From Promethearchaeota archaeon (lineage in GTDB: Archaea; Asgardarchaeota; Lokiarchaeia; Sigyniarchaeales; SOKP01): 64,000 nt of DNA. Below are positions 30,136 through 41,904 of this stretch, in pieces. How positions within the stretch are numbered: position 1 is the first letter of the stretch; each line of letters starts with the position of its first letter. Location of the stretch: contig JAUVNS010000008.1 of NCBI GenBank assembly GCA_030599585.1, positions 64,001 through 128,000 on the forward strand, in the 5' to 3' direction. The position numbers and the translations under genes were made by a program. The notes under the pieces are model-generated. The model worked only from the letters and a program-made list of their open reading frames with translations, made no database searches and was not told where the DNA came from.

Positions 30136-33102
30136 TTAGAACGTTTGACGAAATATATCCATTACAGATTGCCTACTCAATTTAATGAGGATCAAATACA
30201 TCCCCAATATCCCGAAAAATATGGATAGAGAGAATACTCTAATTAAAACATCCACAGGGATTGAGAATACAATAGGCATTTCAGTCATAAGTCCTAAATT
30301 TGTTTCCATTAAATATGCACAAAAAGTGCCGATTAATGTTCCCATCGTTCCGCTACTCAACATAATAATCAAACTTTCAACCAAGAAGAGATTCCTTACG
30401 TTTCTTGTTTTCATACCCATAGACCTTAAAATACCAATTTCAAACTTTCTTTCTAACATTACTGCGTACATTGTGCTTACTAAACCAAAAATTGCAATAA
30501 CTATGGCAAACCAGAGTACAACTTCCATTAAACTGCTTTGTCGTTCAAACATTGATTCCATCATTTTTACTTTTGTTATCGCATCGTCAAGAAAATAATC
30601 TTTCCCTGTGGTTATATCACGTATTTCCTCTTTAGTATCTTCAATTATGACTTCAGAATCATCTTTAAGCTTGATAAAAGCTTTGTCAACTACCATATTT
30701 GCGTTCCATTGATCCTTAACATTCATTAATCTCATATAGTTATCTAAAGAAACCATAATCCCTCCACCTTCAGCAGTCGCTTCTGTAGTTCTAAAGTTAT
30801 AAAATCCTGGCATGCCACCAGAAATTCCAACAACACGGAATAATGTAATATTTCCAGGGTCGTTTGGAGTTTGAGGGTTGTATAATGTCAATCGAATATA
30901 TTCTCCGACATCATCAATACCAAAAACAGTCGCAAGAGACTTAGCGATGATACAAGTATTATTTTCCCTAAAGATTTGACTAAATGAATAATTAAATCCA
31001 CTTCCCGGACTACTCCAAATCATCAAATCATTATCCATTAATTTATAATAATTTTTCTCAATACCAATAAATCCTACTTCTAGACTATCAAAATCTGCTA
31101 GATCTGCCGCTTTTACTTGATATTTCTCTTCCGCTTGTTCAGTGTAAAACTCAAGTATGTTAATAAAAGCATCATTAATAGAGTCCTCATCAAAGCCACC
31201 TCCGCTCTCGCTAAAGTCGAATAAAATCGATAAAACGGAAGTTATGTCAAACATATTATACAAGGATATAGCGATTTCGTCTATTCCGTCAATAGAATTG
31301 AATTCTTGAATCGTATCGAGAGTAATTGCGTTAGTTTCGGGATCTATTCCCTGATTGATTAAAACTAAATCGGAACCATATTGGAATTTTAAATTTGTTG
31401 ACAAATTCTGTGATTCCATTTCTGTGACGCTAGTAATAAAGAAAATGAAAGAAAAACTAATCGCAAACATTACAATAGTACTTGTATTCCGTCTTCTGTT
31501 TCTTTTTAGCGATATTTTAATAATATGAGCATATTTCTTAATAAAAGGAGTGAAAGCTCCAATTAACAGGCTTTGTATGATTGGTGTAATACCCACTGAT
31601 GCGAAGACCATCCCAATTAATATAGCAGCAATAAGACCAATAAATAGACCGGCAATCAGCATCATATCACCCGACACAAATACGCTTGGTAATAATATAA
31701 ATACTAACATACCGATCGTCGCAAGTGCTGAACCAATTAAAAAAATCCTAACATTCATGCTTCCCTCTTTTTTTACTTCCCACCCTTCTTCTTTCTTGTG
31801 AAATGGCGTAATTGACTTAATAATATCAATTTTGGCAGTTTTCAATGCAGGAAATAAAGATATTACTAAAGAAACTATAGATCCCATGCAAAACGCTAAA
31901 ATAACCGTTTGAGGTTGAATAACAAAATCCATATTCTGCAGGGGAAAGTCTGTTAAAGTGAACAGTGTGTCTACGACTGGCGGTGTTCCAATAAGACCTA
32001 AGATTATTCCAATAATAGATCCTACAACTCCAATCATTACTCCTTCAAAAATTACCATTTTTACAGGAAAATTTTTTTTTCCTCCTACAACTCTTAAGAT
32101 CCCATATTCTCTAATTCTTTCTTCTGTAGATGTGGAAAGAATAGAATTTATTAAAATACCTGTAATAAGCATAGAAATTATCGTAATAAACCAAAAAATG
32201 ATTGTCATACCTATTAGCATAAACTGTTGGGCACTTATTTCTCCTAATTTTGGCATTGCTACAGTATATTCATTAGGATCTAGTCTTTGTTGAATTCGCG
32301 TACCTATTTCCCTAACTTTTCGCTTAGTGAAATCAATGTCGCTAACAACGTAAATTGATTGTGGATTTTCAACAGTACCCATTATTAAGTTAATTTCTCC
32401 TTCCCGCTGCAAAAATGATTGAGCTTGTTCTAGATTTATAATAACCAGAGCGTTTTCTAATTCGGTAAATTTTAAGTCTTGATTACAAATAGCCACAACC
32501 TCAACATCTAAAGTATATTGCTGATAATTCATGTGGATTGTATCTCCGATACTTACATTTAAGAGCTCTGCAACCTTCCATAGTATAACACATTCTCCCA
32601 TATTTGGTTTTCCAATATAAGAACTTCCTGTTTCAGTACCATTCTGATCTACCAAGTTTAAATCTCCCATTTGTCCATTACTAACTTCTTTTAAGAAATT
32701 AATGCCATAAACTTGTAACGAACCATTCGCATCAGTATTATCAGAAGATACTTTCACAAGCATCATAATTCGCGGAAATAACTCATCTACACCTTCAATA
32801 TTTGTTAATTCATTATCTATTAGTGTTTCATCAAAAAAAGGATCAAACGTTAAATCTGTATTTACGGCTTTAGATATTAGTATGTCGGAGCTTCCAGTGG
32901 TACTCGTTATAATCCCCATATAATTATAAGACATCGAATCGTTGATCATACCGATTGCGGTGAGAAGAATTATTGAAATTGTAATACCACTCAAACCAAA
33001 CAAAACTTTTGCCCGATCTTTTTTTATGTTTAACCAAGATTGTTGTAAAAATTGGATTCTGAGTTTTAATCTTAGTTTATATAATATGTTTTGTATACTC
33101 AC
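30136..33102 (-). CDS. Double FtsX/MacB-type ABC permease
   Basis: Two FtsX repeats (ERIREYGILRVVG; ERKFEIGILRSMG) with large extracellular domains. Confidence 0.9.
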   Translation of the reverse strand: MSIQNILYKLRLKLRIQFLQQSWLNIKKDRAKVLFGLSGITISIILLTAIGMINDSMSYNYMGIITSTTGSSDILISKAVNTDLTFDPFFDETLIDNELTNIEGVDELFPRIMMLVKVSSDNTDANGSLQVYGINFLKEVSNGQMGDLNLVDQNGTETGSSYIGKPNMGECVILWKVAELLNVSIGDTIHMNYQQYTLDVEVVAICNQDLKFTELENALVIINLEQAQSFLQREGEINLIMGTVENPQSIYVVSDIDFTKRKVREIGTRIQQRLDPNEYTVAMPKLGEISAQQFMLIGMTIIFWFITIISMLITGILINSILSTSTEERIREYGILRVVGGKKNFPVKMVIFEGVMIGVVGSIIGIILGLIGTPPVVDTLFTLTDFPLQNMDFVIQPQTVILAFCMGSIVSLVISLFPALKTAKIDIIKSITPFHKKEEGWEVKKEGSMNVRIFLIGSALATIGMLVFILLPSVFVSGDMMLIAGLFIGLIAAILIGMVFASVGITPIIQSLLIGAFTPFIKKYAHIIKISLKRNRRRNTSTIVMFAISFSFIFFITSVTEMESQNLSTNLKFQYGSDLVLINQGIDPETNAITLDTIQEFNSIDGIDEIAISLYNMFDITSVLSILFDFSESGGGFDEDSINDAFINILEFYTEQAEEKYQVKAADLADFDSLEVGFIGIEKNYYKLMDNDLMIWSSPGSGFNYSFSQIFRENNTCIIAKSLATVFGIDDVGEYIRLTLYNPQTPNDPGNITLFRVVGISGGMPGFYNFRTTEATAEGGGIMVSLDNYMRLMNVKDQWNANMVVDKAFIKLKDDSEVIIEDTKEEIRDITTGKDYFLDDAITKVKMMESMFERQSSLMEVVLWFAIVIAIFGLVSTMYAVMLERKFEIGILRSMGMKTRNVRNLFLVESLIIMLSSGTMGTLIGTFCAYLMETNLGLMTEMPIVFSIPVDVLIRVFSLSIFFGILGMYLILIKLSRQSVMDIFRQTF

Positions 33103-33132
33103 TATATCACGCTTTACTTACGATTGTTTTAA

Positions 33133-36100
33133 TTACCTATCTAATATACTAAATTTTTTACCCTTATATTCGAATTTTCTTAGAAAAATACCCTTTTCTT
33201 TTAATAATTCTTTTATTTCTTCAATTTCTCGCCTAACTAATCTAACTCCTCGACATTTTTTGTTCTTACAGTAAAAATTCTCTCCCGGTTTATCTTTAAA
33301 ATACCATTTACCGCAATTTATGCAATTATATGCAATATAGATTTGATCGTGATCGCACTTCGGACACATATAGTTAAATTTACTTGATTCAAACCAAGAT
33401 TGACAATACTTGCAGTGGAGGATGAAGGGATTCTTGTGTTCTTCTGGAGTTTCTATGACCTCTATTCTTTTAATGACTTTCTCTTTATCAAGTTCTTTTA
33501 ACCTTAGTTTCTCCGCAAAAATGTTTCTACGGTGTCTGAAACTAAATTTACCATATTTTTCTGCTAAAAAATAAGATATAATACCTATTATGATAACACT
33601 CACAATTACTAGGAACCAAATTCCCCAAGTTTGAAAATTCATTAACCCGTTTTCTACATCGACGTGAACTACTGATTCAGCTTTATTTCCTTCTGCATCA
33701 TAAGCAACGACCATTACTACATACGTCCCATCGTTATATTGAGTAGTATCCCAATCAAAGCTTAAAACCCCGGTACCGTGATTGAATTTCAGCAAACTTC
33801 TATCAACAATTTTGTCGTTGATATAGATATTAATACGATTTTCATCTATTCCAATATTATCGCTGATATTTGCCTCAATTTTAGTAATTGAGTTAACGAT
33901 TTCATCACTTAGTGGTGCACTAATTTCGATCGTAGGGGCGATGAAATCTGTTGATTCATCATAACCTAAATAGATATTTGATAGTAACCACCCATAACCC
34001 AATCCTGTTGTAATGTCGTTGGAATGTAAAGTAAATTTGATTATCACAATTTCATTAGAGTATTGCGAAATATCCAATGATTCGTTTCCTGCAAGATTTT
34101 CAGAATCAAAGTAGTATTCTTTCAATATATCCCAACTTTCCCCGTAATTACTTGAGATCGAAATTGTACACTTGTCAAGTTCGTCCTGTTCCAAAAAGAA
34201 TTCATTCTGTAAAGAAATTTCATAAGCAAAGTTCAAAAAGACATCGTATTCATCTCTAACATGTAAGGGGTATGTGATTAAATTAGCTTCCCAATCGGGT
34301 CCATATCCTTGTGAGAGACTACCGTAGCTTTGGCCTAAACCCCCATATATGAAGGGATTTCCAAAGCGATAATATAGATGCCAACTATTGTCTCCTTTTA
34401 ACCATTGCGTTAGCTCTTTTTGCATCGGATTTCCAGTGATAAAATAATCTGATAAAGACGCAAGCGTATAATCGAATCCAATTAATTTACCACTTTGATT
34501 TATGTTAAATTCGTAAGCAATAGGATTTTGGAAATTAAATAAATTATTATCTTGATTAAAGAAATTAGTAGATGTTAAAAACTTACCATCGTATACATGA
34601 AACCTAAAAGTCAGATTAGTAAGATCGTTTAATACGATTGATTTTACGAATTTAATTCCGCGAGGGTGGAAGGAGTTAAAACTCGAGTTCCAAGCACCAA
34701 AAACATTAATCATAGAGTAATTCTGATTATTAATTTCAATAAATACATATTCGGGATAATTGTTGTCGGAATCGAAGTAATATACCGAAAATGCGATTCT
34801 GTCGTATTTAAATCCTTGGATATCAGATATATTTTCATCTACATTAAAATCTATTTCAGGAGCTTGAAAGTTCGTATAGTTCTCTAGCGAGAAATAAGCC
34901 AACGTAAATCCTTTATAATTAATAGGATCGTAATCTTCATCTAATTCGGCTATAAGCCTGAATTGGACGTAATTTCCAATATATTGAGTTATATTTATTT
35001 CATCTAGAAACCAGTCCCTTTCTTCATTTGAATATGTTCTCAATGTAATCCATCCCGTCCAATTAGGATTTATCTGTAAATACATGAAATCACCCGAATT
35101 TAAGCTCGTTCTTAGCCCTATTTTAGCAACGACTTGCGTATTGTTCTTATTGATGTGGGTTATATTAAACAAGGGACTTCTTAATGTCCCGTTAGGAAAG
35201 GGATTTGTTATTATATATGGTTGGTAGGTATAATTTAATGGAAAATTATGATCTCTCCCGAAATATAATGCTGACCAATTTTCAGAATATAAGGTGGAAC
35301 GATTGTCATTCTGATTACTCTGATTCAACAATCCCCAACCTGTTCCATTATATGTCCATCCATTAAAACCATCGTTAAAATCCTGGAGATATGGAAATGC
35401 CTCACTATCATCCGGAAATTCGATATTGATATTTAATAACTCAGATAGTGGATATTTTGCATGGTGAGATCCATCACTTGCGTTAAAATAGTAGTAATAT
35501 TTTCCCGGTGTAGAAAATTTAACAAAATCACTTCGAAAAACGGCTCCATCAGTGTAATTATCATCAAAAGCGAAAACTTGAGTCATTGCATACTTTTTTG
35601 AAGTATTTACAATATACAAATATACTTCTTGAGGAGGTACATTTGAAGTATCGTTATCAAAATATTCTATGTAAAACCAATAATTATCAATAGTATAATT
35701 CTTAGCGGGCTCATTTCCATAAAATTGTTGTAGACTGATAACCGTATCATTTTTTGCCCCTCCGAAATAATTTATCTCGGTCATTTTTAATTCTGGAGTG
35801 AAATTATTAATCACGCTAGAAACATTCAAAGTAAAGTTACTCTTCCCTGAAATAGCTTTAACTATTACTATACATTCTGTTTGGTTATATTTTGGTGTGA
35901 AGTAGAAGAAATCTGAGTCCCCATACCACTTTTGTGCTGCTTGCAATAACAGTGGTTCTCCAAACCGGTTTGATTCATTTGCATATAGAAATAAATCTAA
36001 ATCTGCACTACCATCTACATTTGATAGATTGAAAATGTATTGAACATCTTCAATTAAATGCACCTTTCTTGCAAACACATGATTTTCCAAGGGATTTAAT

Positions 36101-37944
36101 TCTGAGCTTGTCAATTCGTAATTAATGGATTCATTTATCTCAATTTGTTTAGTTAAGGCATCAATCGCAGCTTGAACATTCATCCTTCCATATCCTTCAT
36201 GGACATCTTTCAGGTTAGTTAATAAACCATTAAAAAGATTTGGTGAGTAATCACTTTCATCTATTTCTGTTTTAGGATCGTCCTCTCTTTCGAGATTTGT
36301 TTCTGATGCAGTCATGAGTAATATAGCTTTTAACATTTTTACCCATTTCGTAAGATTCTGGTTATTCCATTCAGCCCAACTCCCCCATTTCGCATCTATT
36401 AAAATGTTTATTACCGCAGAAACGATAGCGGTTGATATTGAAGTGCCGATCAAAGCGGTTGTATCATTAGATTTTCCATCTGCACTTACAATTGAGCGAT
36501 GACCTGGGATTATACTACCTCCTGGTGCAACTATATCAGGTTTCAGAACGTTTTCTCCGACATTTCTTCCCATACTGCTATAAGAAGTTATCATGTCTTC
36601 ATCGTTGATCGCACCAACAACAATTGCATTTTTATTTACGCCTAAGCTGTTAAAAGGCTTCGTACCTTCGATGCCATTATTTCCCGCAGCAATCACAACT
36701 AAAACATGATTGTCAATGACTTCATCAATTACAGCATTAATTGCAGTCACATCTTCTCCTATAGTTCCAATGCTTAAGCACACTGAAATTATATGATGGG
36801 TAGTTCTATTTTGGATTACGCTTGCCATTGCCGATATTAAATCAGACACATACCCTTGTCCTGAACTATTTACTATTCTATAACTCAGAATTTTGGTAGC
36901 GTTAGCGATTCCATTAAAATGATTATAGTTCTCATAATAAGATTCGGGAAAAAATGACATAGATATGTTGAAAGAAAAGGCTGGAGCAGTATTACTTTTT
37001 TTATGATATTTAATATAAACATCATAAATCCCTCTTTTATTAGGGGCGACATTATGAATAATTGAATAAATTTGATTAGGATTTTGGATGGTGCTCGAAT
37101 TAACTAATGTAGAATTATAATACAATTCCAGCCAAAAAGTATCTATTTCATTCATCGGATAGTCGAAGCTGGAATTTATCCCAATATTTGCGCTACTTTT
37201 TGATATATTTACAGCGAGAATTTTAAGAGTATAATTTTTTGATGGTAAATAATCTTCAAATAGCTCCAAATGTGTGTAATTTCCATACATTTTAATTATA
37301 GAAGGGCTACTAGATTTATTGGTGAGGATGCCAGTGCCTGCAATAACAGAGGATATGAATGTTCCGTGACCATTTTTATCGGATATCAAATCATCGTCGA
37401 CAAAATTTTGCCAACCTACAATTTTATTCTGTAAATAGGCTTGATTAGGATTAATACCGCTATCTAAAACTGCGATAGAGGAATCAGTGTCACCGTTATA
37501 ACCATTGTTATACCATGTAGCATTAACTGATTGTGTTTGAGCGCTAGCATAATTCATCTGAACTTCAATTATTTCATCGGTATCGATATTAATATCGGGA
37601 AATTCACTCTTATATAAAGATAGATTTGTTAAAGGGATTGTCCCAGCAAATCCCGAGAATTCATTAAATAGTCCATTCCAATCTTCATTCTCTTTTAAAA
37701 TACCACCATAAGATACAAAACTATTTTTTGCGCTTACATTGTAATTTGAATTATTAAAAAAAACTATTACGTTTCTGTTACCATTGTTTGATGTACGTAG
37801 CGTATCTGAGAAGTCTTTTTGCTTCACAAGGTTCGCACCGTATAAATCTATAGTTTGAAATTCTAAAAGAAGACTAACACCAATATTTAATCCGAGGATA
37901 AGAAGTAAAACAACAAGATATTTTGATACTTTTTTCAAATTCAA
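33133..37944 (-). CDS. Large membrane-anchored S8 (subtilase) protease with C-terminal Cys-rich cytoplasmic tail
   Basis: N-terminal hydrophobic segment. Triad motifs VLDSG, NGHGT and GTSIST, oxyanion AAGN and KPDIVAPG. Then beta-rich/Ig-like domains, a TM helix, and CKYC..CPKC..CINC..CKNKKC. Confidence 0.9.
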   Translation of the reverse strand: MNLKKVSKYLVVLLLILGLNIGVSLLLEFQTIDLYGANLVKQKDFSDTLRTSNNGNRNVIVFFNNSNYNVSAKNSFVSYGGILKENEDWNGLFNEFSGFAGTIPLTNLSLYKSEFPDINIDTDEIIEVQMNYASAQTQSVNATWYNNGYNGDTDSSIAVLDSGINPNQAYLQNKIVGWQNFVDDDLISDKNGHGTFISSVIAGTGILTNKSSSPSIIKMYGNYTHLELFEDYLPSKNYTLKILAVNISKSSANIGINSSFDYPMNEIDTFWLELYYNSTLVNSSTIQNPNQIYSIIHNVAPNKRGIYDVYIKYHKKSNTAPAFSFNISMSFFPESYYENYNHFNGIANATKILSYRIVNSSGQGYVSDLISAMASVIQNRTTHHIISVCLSIGTIGEDVTAINAVIDEVIDNHVLVVIAAGNNGIEGTKPFNSLGVNKNAIVVGAINDEDMITSYSSMGRNVGENVLKPDIVAPGGSIIPGHRSIVSADGKSNDTTALIGTSISTAIVSAVINILIDAKWGSWAEWNNQNLTKWVKMLKAILLMTASETNLEREDDPKTEIDESDYSPNLFNGLLTNLKDVHEGYGRMNVQAAIDALTKQIEINESINYELTSSELNPLENHVFARKVHLIEDVQYIFNLSNVDGSADLDLFLYANESNRFGEPLLLQAAQKWYGDSDFFYFTPKYNQTECIVIVKAISGKSNFTLNVSSVINNFTPELKMTEINYFGGAKNDTVISLQQFYGNEPAKNYTIDNYWFYIEYFDNDTSNVPPQEVYLYIVNTSKKYAMTQVFAFDDNYTDGAVFRSDFVKFSTPGKYYYYFNASDGSHHAKYPLSELLNINIEFPDDSEAFPYLQDFNDGFNGWTYNGTGWGLLNQSNQNDNRSTLYSENWSALYFGRDHNFPLNYTYQPYIITNPFPNGTLRSPLFNITHINKNNTQVVAKIGLRTSLNSGDFMYLQINPNWTGWITLRTYSNEERDWFLDEINITQYIGNYVQFRLIAELDEDYDPINYKGFTLAYFSLENYTNFQAPEIDFNVDENISDIQGFKYDRIAFSVYYFDSDNNYPEYVFIEINNQNYSMINVFGAWNSSFNSFHPRGIKFVKSIVLNDLTNLTFRFHVYDGKFLTSTNFFNQDNNLFNFQNPIAYEFNINQSGKLIGFDYTLASLSDYFITGNPMQKELTQWLKGDNSWHLYYRFGNPFIYGGLGQSYGSLSQGYGPDWEANLITYPLHVRDEYDVFLNFAYEISLQNEFFLEQDELDKCTISISSNYGESWDILKEYYFDSENLAGNESLDISQYSNEIVIIKFTLHSNDITTGLGYGWLLSNIYLGYDESTDFIAPTIEISAPLSDEIVNSITKIEANISDNIGIDENRINIYINDKIVDRSLLKFNHGTGVLSFDWDTTQYNDGTYVVMVVAYDAEGNKAESVVHVDVENGLMNFQTWGIWFLVIVSVIIIGIISYFLAEKYGKFSFRHRRNIFAEKLRLKELDKEKVIKRIEVIETPEEHKNPFILHCKYCQSWFESSKFNYMCPKCDHDQIYIAYNCINCGKWYFKDKPGENFYCKNKKCRGVRLVRREIEEIKELLKEKGIFLRKFEYKGKKFSILDR

Positions 37945-40900
37945 AATTCACCTCCATCTTTGATTCCTTTTTTATTATAACTCTGCTCTTTGGATAGTGA
38001 AACTAGTCGGTCTCTTAAGGTATTTTCAACTTTTAGAACCGAATCGCTGTGTGATACTTTAAAGAGCAATAATTCGTTCCTTTGAAGTTCATACTTATTA
38101 GCCTTATATTTCTTAGTTTTCCAAATGAAAATCGTTAAAATAGTAAGAGCTACAAAAGCTGGACCTAGTACAAATAAAATATTAACTTCTTCTGGGATTA
38201 TCACTTTAACTTCAATAGAATTCGATCTTTCTATTACTTTTTGTAAGTAGAAGTATTCAATACTCGCAGGTTTCAGCCAGATTAAAACTTGTTTAGTCGC
38301 TTGAATTTTATAGGAAAATGTAATTTCCTCACCTGGTTGCAAACTCGGAGCAGTAAAAATAAGACTTCCGCTTATTAATTCAAACTCAATATTTGTAAAG
38401 CCAATTGCGTCACTAATGGTAATATTTTTCGCACAAATATTCCCGGTGTTAGTAACCGTTATGTTTACGGTAATAATATCCCCAATTTCTATTTGATCTT
38501 GATTAACCGATTTTATTATTGAAAAATTGATAAAACCAAGAATTAATGGCCTTGAAGAGGCAATTTGAATCGTGTTCTCCTCTAGGCAACTGAAATAATT
38601 GACTGAAGGATAGTAGTACCCTTTCCATCCAATTTTTTTTACAGAAATAGTAGAATTTATTAACTCATTGTACATAATTTCTGGCGTAACCACATTCAAC
38701 TTTCCAATAGGTGCTAAGTCTCCGTATTGATCGTTAAATGCAAGTGATATATTTGGAATCATTAATCCCGCAAATCCAGTATTTCTAATATAAATTGACA
38801 AGTTAAATTTTTCATCGATATCAGGAGCTAGAGTTGTGGAATTACAATAAATCTCAATCGTCCTAATATAAGGATTACGGGATAAATAATCGATTGGAGC
38901 AGAAAAATACACATCGTTTGGATGAGACTCTAATGTTGTAGAATTTAAATTTTGAATAAATTCTAAATTGTTATAGCTAATTGTTGTATTGCTAATTGTA
39001 GCCGTATTTGGAATGTAAAAAGAAAAAGAAATTTGTTTTTTCTCAGAGGGTGCAAGTTCAAAAATAGAATACTTTAGATAGTCTTTTTCGATTGTAAAGT
39101 TGAAAGGGTTATGAATAATTCCGGGGACCATAATTGATATATTAATATTTCTTGCGATATTTGATCCTACATTGCTAAAAACTAATGTGTAGTTATTTAT
39201 CACTCCCGTACTTGAACTATAGCTAGATAAGTAAGCATATGAGGTAATAGACGCCATATTGTAAGTACTTAAAGAGATGGTATTTGATATTTTAATGTAT
39301 TCAACTTTACCGCTTAAAGAAGTATAAATAACTCTAGAGCCTAAAACGGTATATTCGTTAACATCTCTGTAATAAAATTCTATATCTAAATCATTAATAG
39401 AAATATTAAATTTGTTAGAATTGATTCCCTTTACTTTTAAAATAATTGAATGGTTGTTTCTATTGGCAGGATCAAAAATCCATTCAAGTGTCCCTTGGTT
39501 TTTAATAAATGTGTAGGTTGCTGTGTTATTAATTGTTGTAGTCAAATACGGGGATATATCTTCAAAAACCTCCGAAGAAAAATTAAAAACTTCAAAATTC
39601 AAAACATCGGTAGTGTCTGTGTAATTAACAACAATTGAAATGCGATCTAAAGAATTGTTCGTTAGATCTATCACAGTTTCGTTCATAAAAAGAAAGTGTA
39701 CCTCGATTTCGTATTGATCAACATATTTCTGTTCTGATTCGAGTATCCATTCTTGGTTATCGTTGTTTAACGCCATTTGAGGTGAAGTTCCTTCAATTGA
39801 TAACCCCGAAATAATCGAAGGTATCTGTGGAAAATTTTCTTTAAGAGTAAAATTATATCTGTAAAAAGAAGAAAATGTATCAAAACCCTCAATTGAAAAA
39901 TTATCATTTGTATAAGAAAACGCTTCATTTGGTTCTAACTTCCAATTTTCACTATTCCAAATACTCTGTTCATTCGTGAAAGTATCTTTTAGCGATTCTG
40001 AAGATTGACCTATTGCGTCTAATGAAGAAATTAATTGTGGGTTACCTATTGCAATTAAATCTATCACATGATCCATATTTTCATTATAGGGTAAAAAATT
40101 AGTGAGATTGTTAATATCTGGAAAATAAATATCTACTATTCCTGTTCCTGTTGTATCAAAATAAAAAATGCGTGGATTCTTATCAAAGTTAAAAAAATCC
40201 TCCAAAGAAGTGTATTGACCAGCATACTCAATTCTGACAACCTCCCATATAGATTCTTTAAGATCTTCATCAAGTCCTAAAAGAACTCCGATTGGTCCCA
40301 CAATTATAGGAAAAATATCATCAAGTTCTATAGGTATTGAAGTAGGAACCCCCCAAGCAGTTTCGTTCCCTACATTTATGGCAGTAATATTAAATGAAAA
40401 GTCTTTATAAACTCCATTTGAGGCATTACCACCAATTAAGTCTTTTGTAATTACTAAATTTGGTTCTGAATTTGAAATTTTATATGTAATAACTAGCTCT
40501 TCAATTGGATTAAAAATTCCTGTAGGTATTCCTGGCAACCCTTGAATTCCGATCGCGTGTAGAAAATTTATAACATCTGCTTGATCGTTTAGGTTTACAG
40601 GTTTAACATAACTTTGCTTAAACCCATTGTCGTTAACCCAGAATAATTCAAACGAATAATCTTTTAGCGCTTGGATATCAAACTCTATTTCAGCGTAGTA
40701 AAGTAATAAGCCGATTTGCTCTAAAAGAAAGTCATAAAGTGTGAAATAGGAGGGTGTTGCATCGATTACATCAGTACAAAAAATATTAACATTAATTTCA
40801 CTCATAAAAGCGCCTATTAAAGAAATAAATATCTTTTCACTAGGTTTGAGCGACTCTCCTTGATATCCCATAGCATCCCATAAATTAAAACGATATTCGT

Positions 40901-41888
40901 CTTCGCTGATTTCAGTAATTCCACGAGCTGAACCTTCATATTGTATCATTAAACTCGTGTAATGTGATTCATTAGAAAGCGTGAGGGAACCAAAGGAATC
41001 ACCAAAATCACCAAAATCGTTCTGAGTCGATGTTTGATTAACCACATCTGAAAAATTTCCGAATAGGGAACTAATATCCGAAAATTGTTCAAATATATTA
41101 TCGATTTCAAGATTTTCTAAATAGCCTAAATCCAATGAATCAATATTAAAGTTTACCTGATCCATGGACTTATAAACATCATAGTCTAAGAAATCCAAGG
41201 AGTTTACCAATAGAAATGTTGAAGATAAATGTTGTGTATTAATGTATTCTTCGGAGGTTAAACGGTCAACATCTAAAGCTTTCCAGTATCCATCCATAGG
41301 TATGTTTTTTGTAATCTCATCAAAATAAATCTCCCAATTTGGATGATATCCTATAAATGGAAAGAAATAAGCGTTCGAGGAATTTATCATTATTAAATCT
41401 ATTTCAAATTTATTTTTTATAATATCTAGAGCCCGACTTGCCCTAAATGACACGTCTTCTTCGCTCATTTCTTCATTATAATAAAGAAATCCCGAAAAAC
41501 TGTTAAAACTCATTTCATATTGCTTACTATATGGATTCTCATTAAGAACGCGAGGGAATAATTCTGGAGTTATCCCGTTTGATGCACTGAAAAGGACATT
41601 ACATTTATAAAACGCTGGATCCCTCGTATCAAACTTAGGAAGAATATTTGTATCATTAGTGAAAAGTGATTGCTTAATAACCGATTTATTTCCTGCCACC
41701 AAGGCTTTAATTTTTTCTGCATATAGATCTGTTCCTGCAATATCAGAAATTTTTAGTAATTTTTCTTGAAAATTGGATTGTTCTTCGTAATCAAGTATAA
41801 ACTCTTGACTGATAAAATTGTCATCTAATGGGGAAAAAATAAAACTAAGGAAGAATAAAGTTATTAAAATTTCTTTAGAGTATTTCAT
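37941..41888 (-). CDS. Large membrane-anchored surface protein with DUF11/BatD-like Ig modules
   Basis: Signal peptide, many N-x-S/T sequons, repeated ITVTNTG/NVG modules and a C-terminal TM. Its stop overlaps the protease start by 4 nt. Confidence 0.75.
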   Translation of the reverse strand: MKYSKEILITLFFLSFIFSPLDDNFISQEFILDYEEQSNFQEKLLKISDIAGTDLYAEKIKALVAGNKSVIKQSLFTNDTNILPKFDTRDPAFYKCNVLFSASNGITPELFPRVLNENPYSKQYEMSFNSFSGFLYYNEEMSEEDVSFRASRALDIIKNKFEIDLIMINSSNAYFFPFIGYHPNWEIYFDEITKNIPMDGYWKALDVDRLTSEEYINTQHLSSTFLLVNSLDFLDYDVYKSMDQVNFNIDSLDLGYLENLEIDNIFEQFSDISSLFGNFSDVVNQTSTQNDFGDFGDSFGSLTLSNESHYTSLMIQYEGSARGITEISEDEYRFNLWDAMGYQGESLKPSEKIFISLIGAFMSEINVNIFCTDVIDATPSYFTLYDFLLEQIGLLLYYAEIEFDIQALKDYSFELFWVNDNGFKQSYVKPVNLNDQADVINFLHAIGIQGLPGIPTGIFNPIEELVITYKISNSEPNLVITKDLIGGNASNGVYKDFSFNITAINVGNETAWGVPTSIPIELDDIFPIIVGPIGVLLGLDEDLKESIWEVVRIEYAGQYTSLEDFFNFDKNPRIFYFDTTGTGIVDIYFPDINNLTNFLPYNENMDHVIDLIAIGNPQLISSLDAIGQSSESLKDTFTNEQSIWNSENWKLEPNEAFSYTNDNFSIEGFDTFSSFYRYNFTLKENFPQIPSIISGLSIEGTSPQMALNNDNQEWILESEQKYVDQYEIEVHFLFMNETVIDLTNNSLDRISIVVNYTDTTDVLNFEVFNFSSEVFEDISPYLTTTINNTATYTFIKNQGTLEWIFDPANRNNHSIILKVKGINSNKFNISINDLDIEFYYRDVNEYTVLGSRVIYTSLSGKVEYIKISNTISLSTYNMASITSYAYLSSYSSSTGVINNYTLVFSNVGSNIARNINISIMVPGIIHNPFNFTIEKDYLKYSIFELAPSEKKQISFSFYIPNTATISNTTISYNNLEFIQNLNSTTLESHPNDVYFSAPIDYLSRNPYIRTIEIYCNSTTLAPDIDEKFNLSIYIRNTGFAGLMIPNISLAFNDQYGDLAPIGKLNVVTPEIMYNELINSTISVKKIGWKGYYYPSVNYFSCLEENTIQIASSRPLILGFINFSIIKSVNQDQIEIGDIITVNITVTNTGNICAKNITISDAIGFTNIEFELISGSLIFTAPSLQPGEEITFSYKIQATKQVLIWLKPASIEYFYLQKVIERSNSIEVKVIIPEEVNILFVLGPAFVALTILTIFIWKTKKYKANKYELQRNELLLFKVSHSDSVLKVENTLRDRLVSLSKEQSYNKKGIKDGGEF

Positions 41889-41904
41889 AGTTTTTCATCT
41901 CCTC

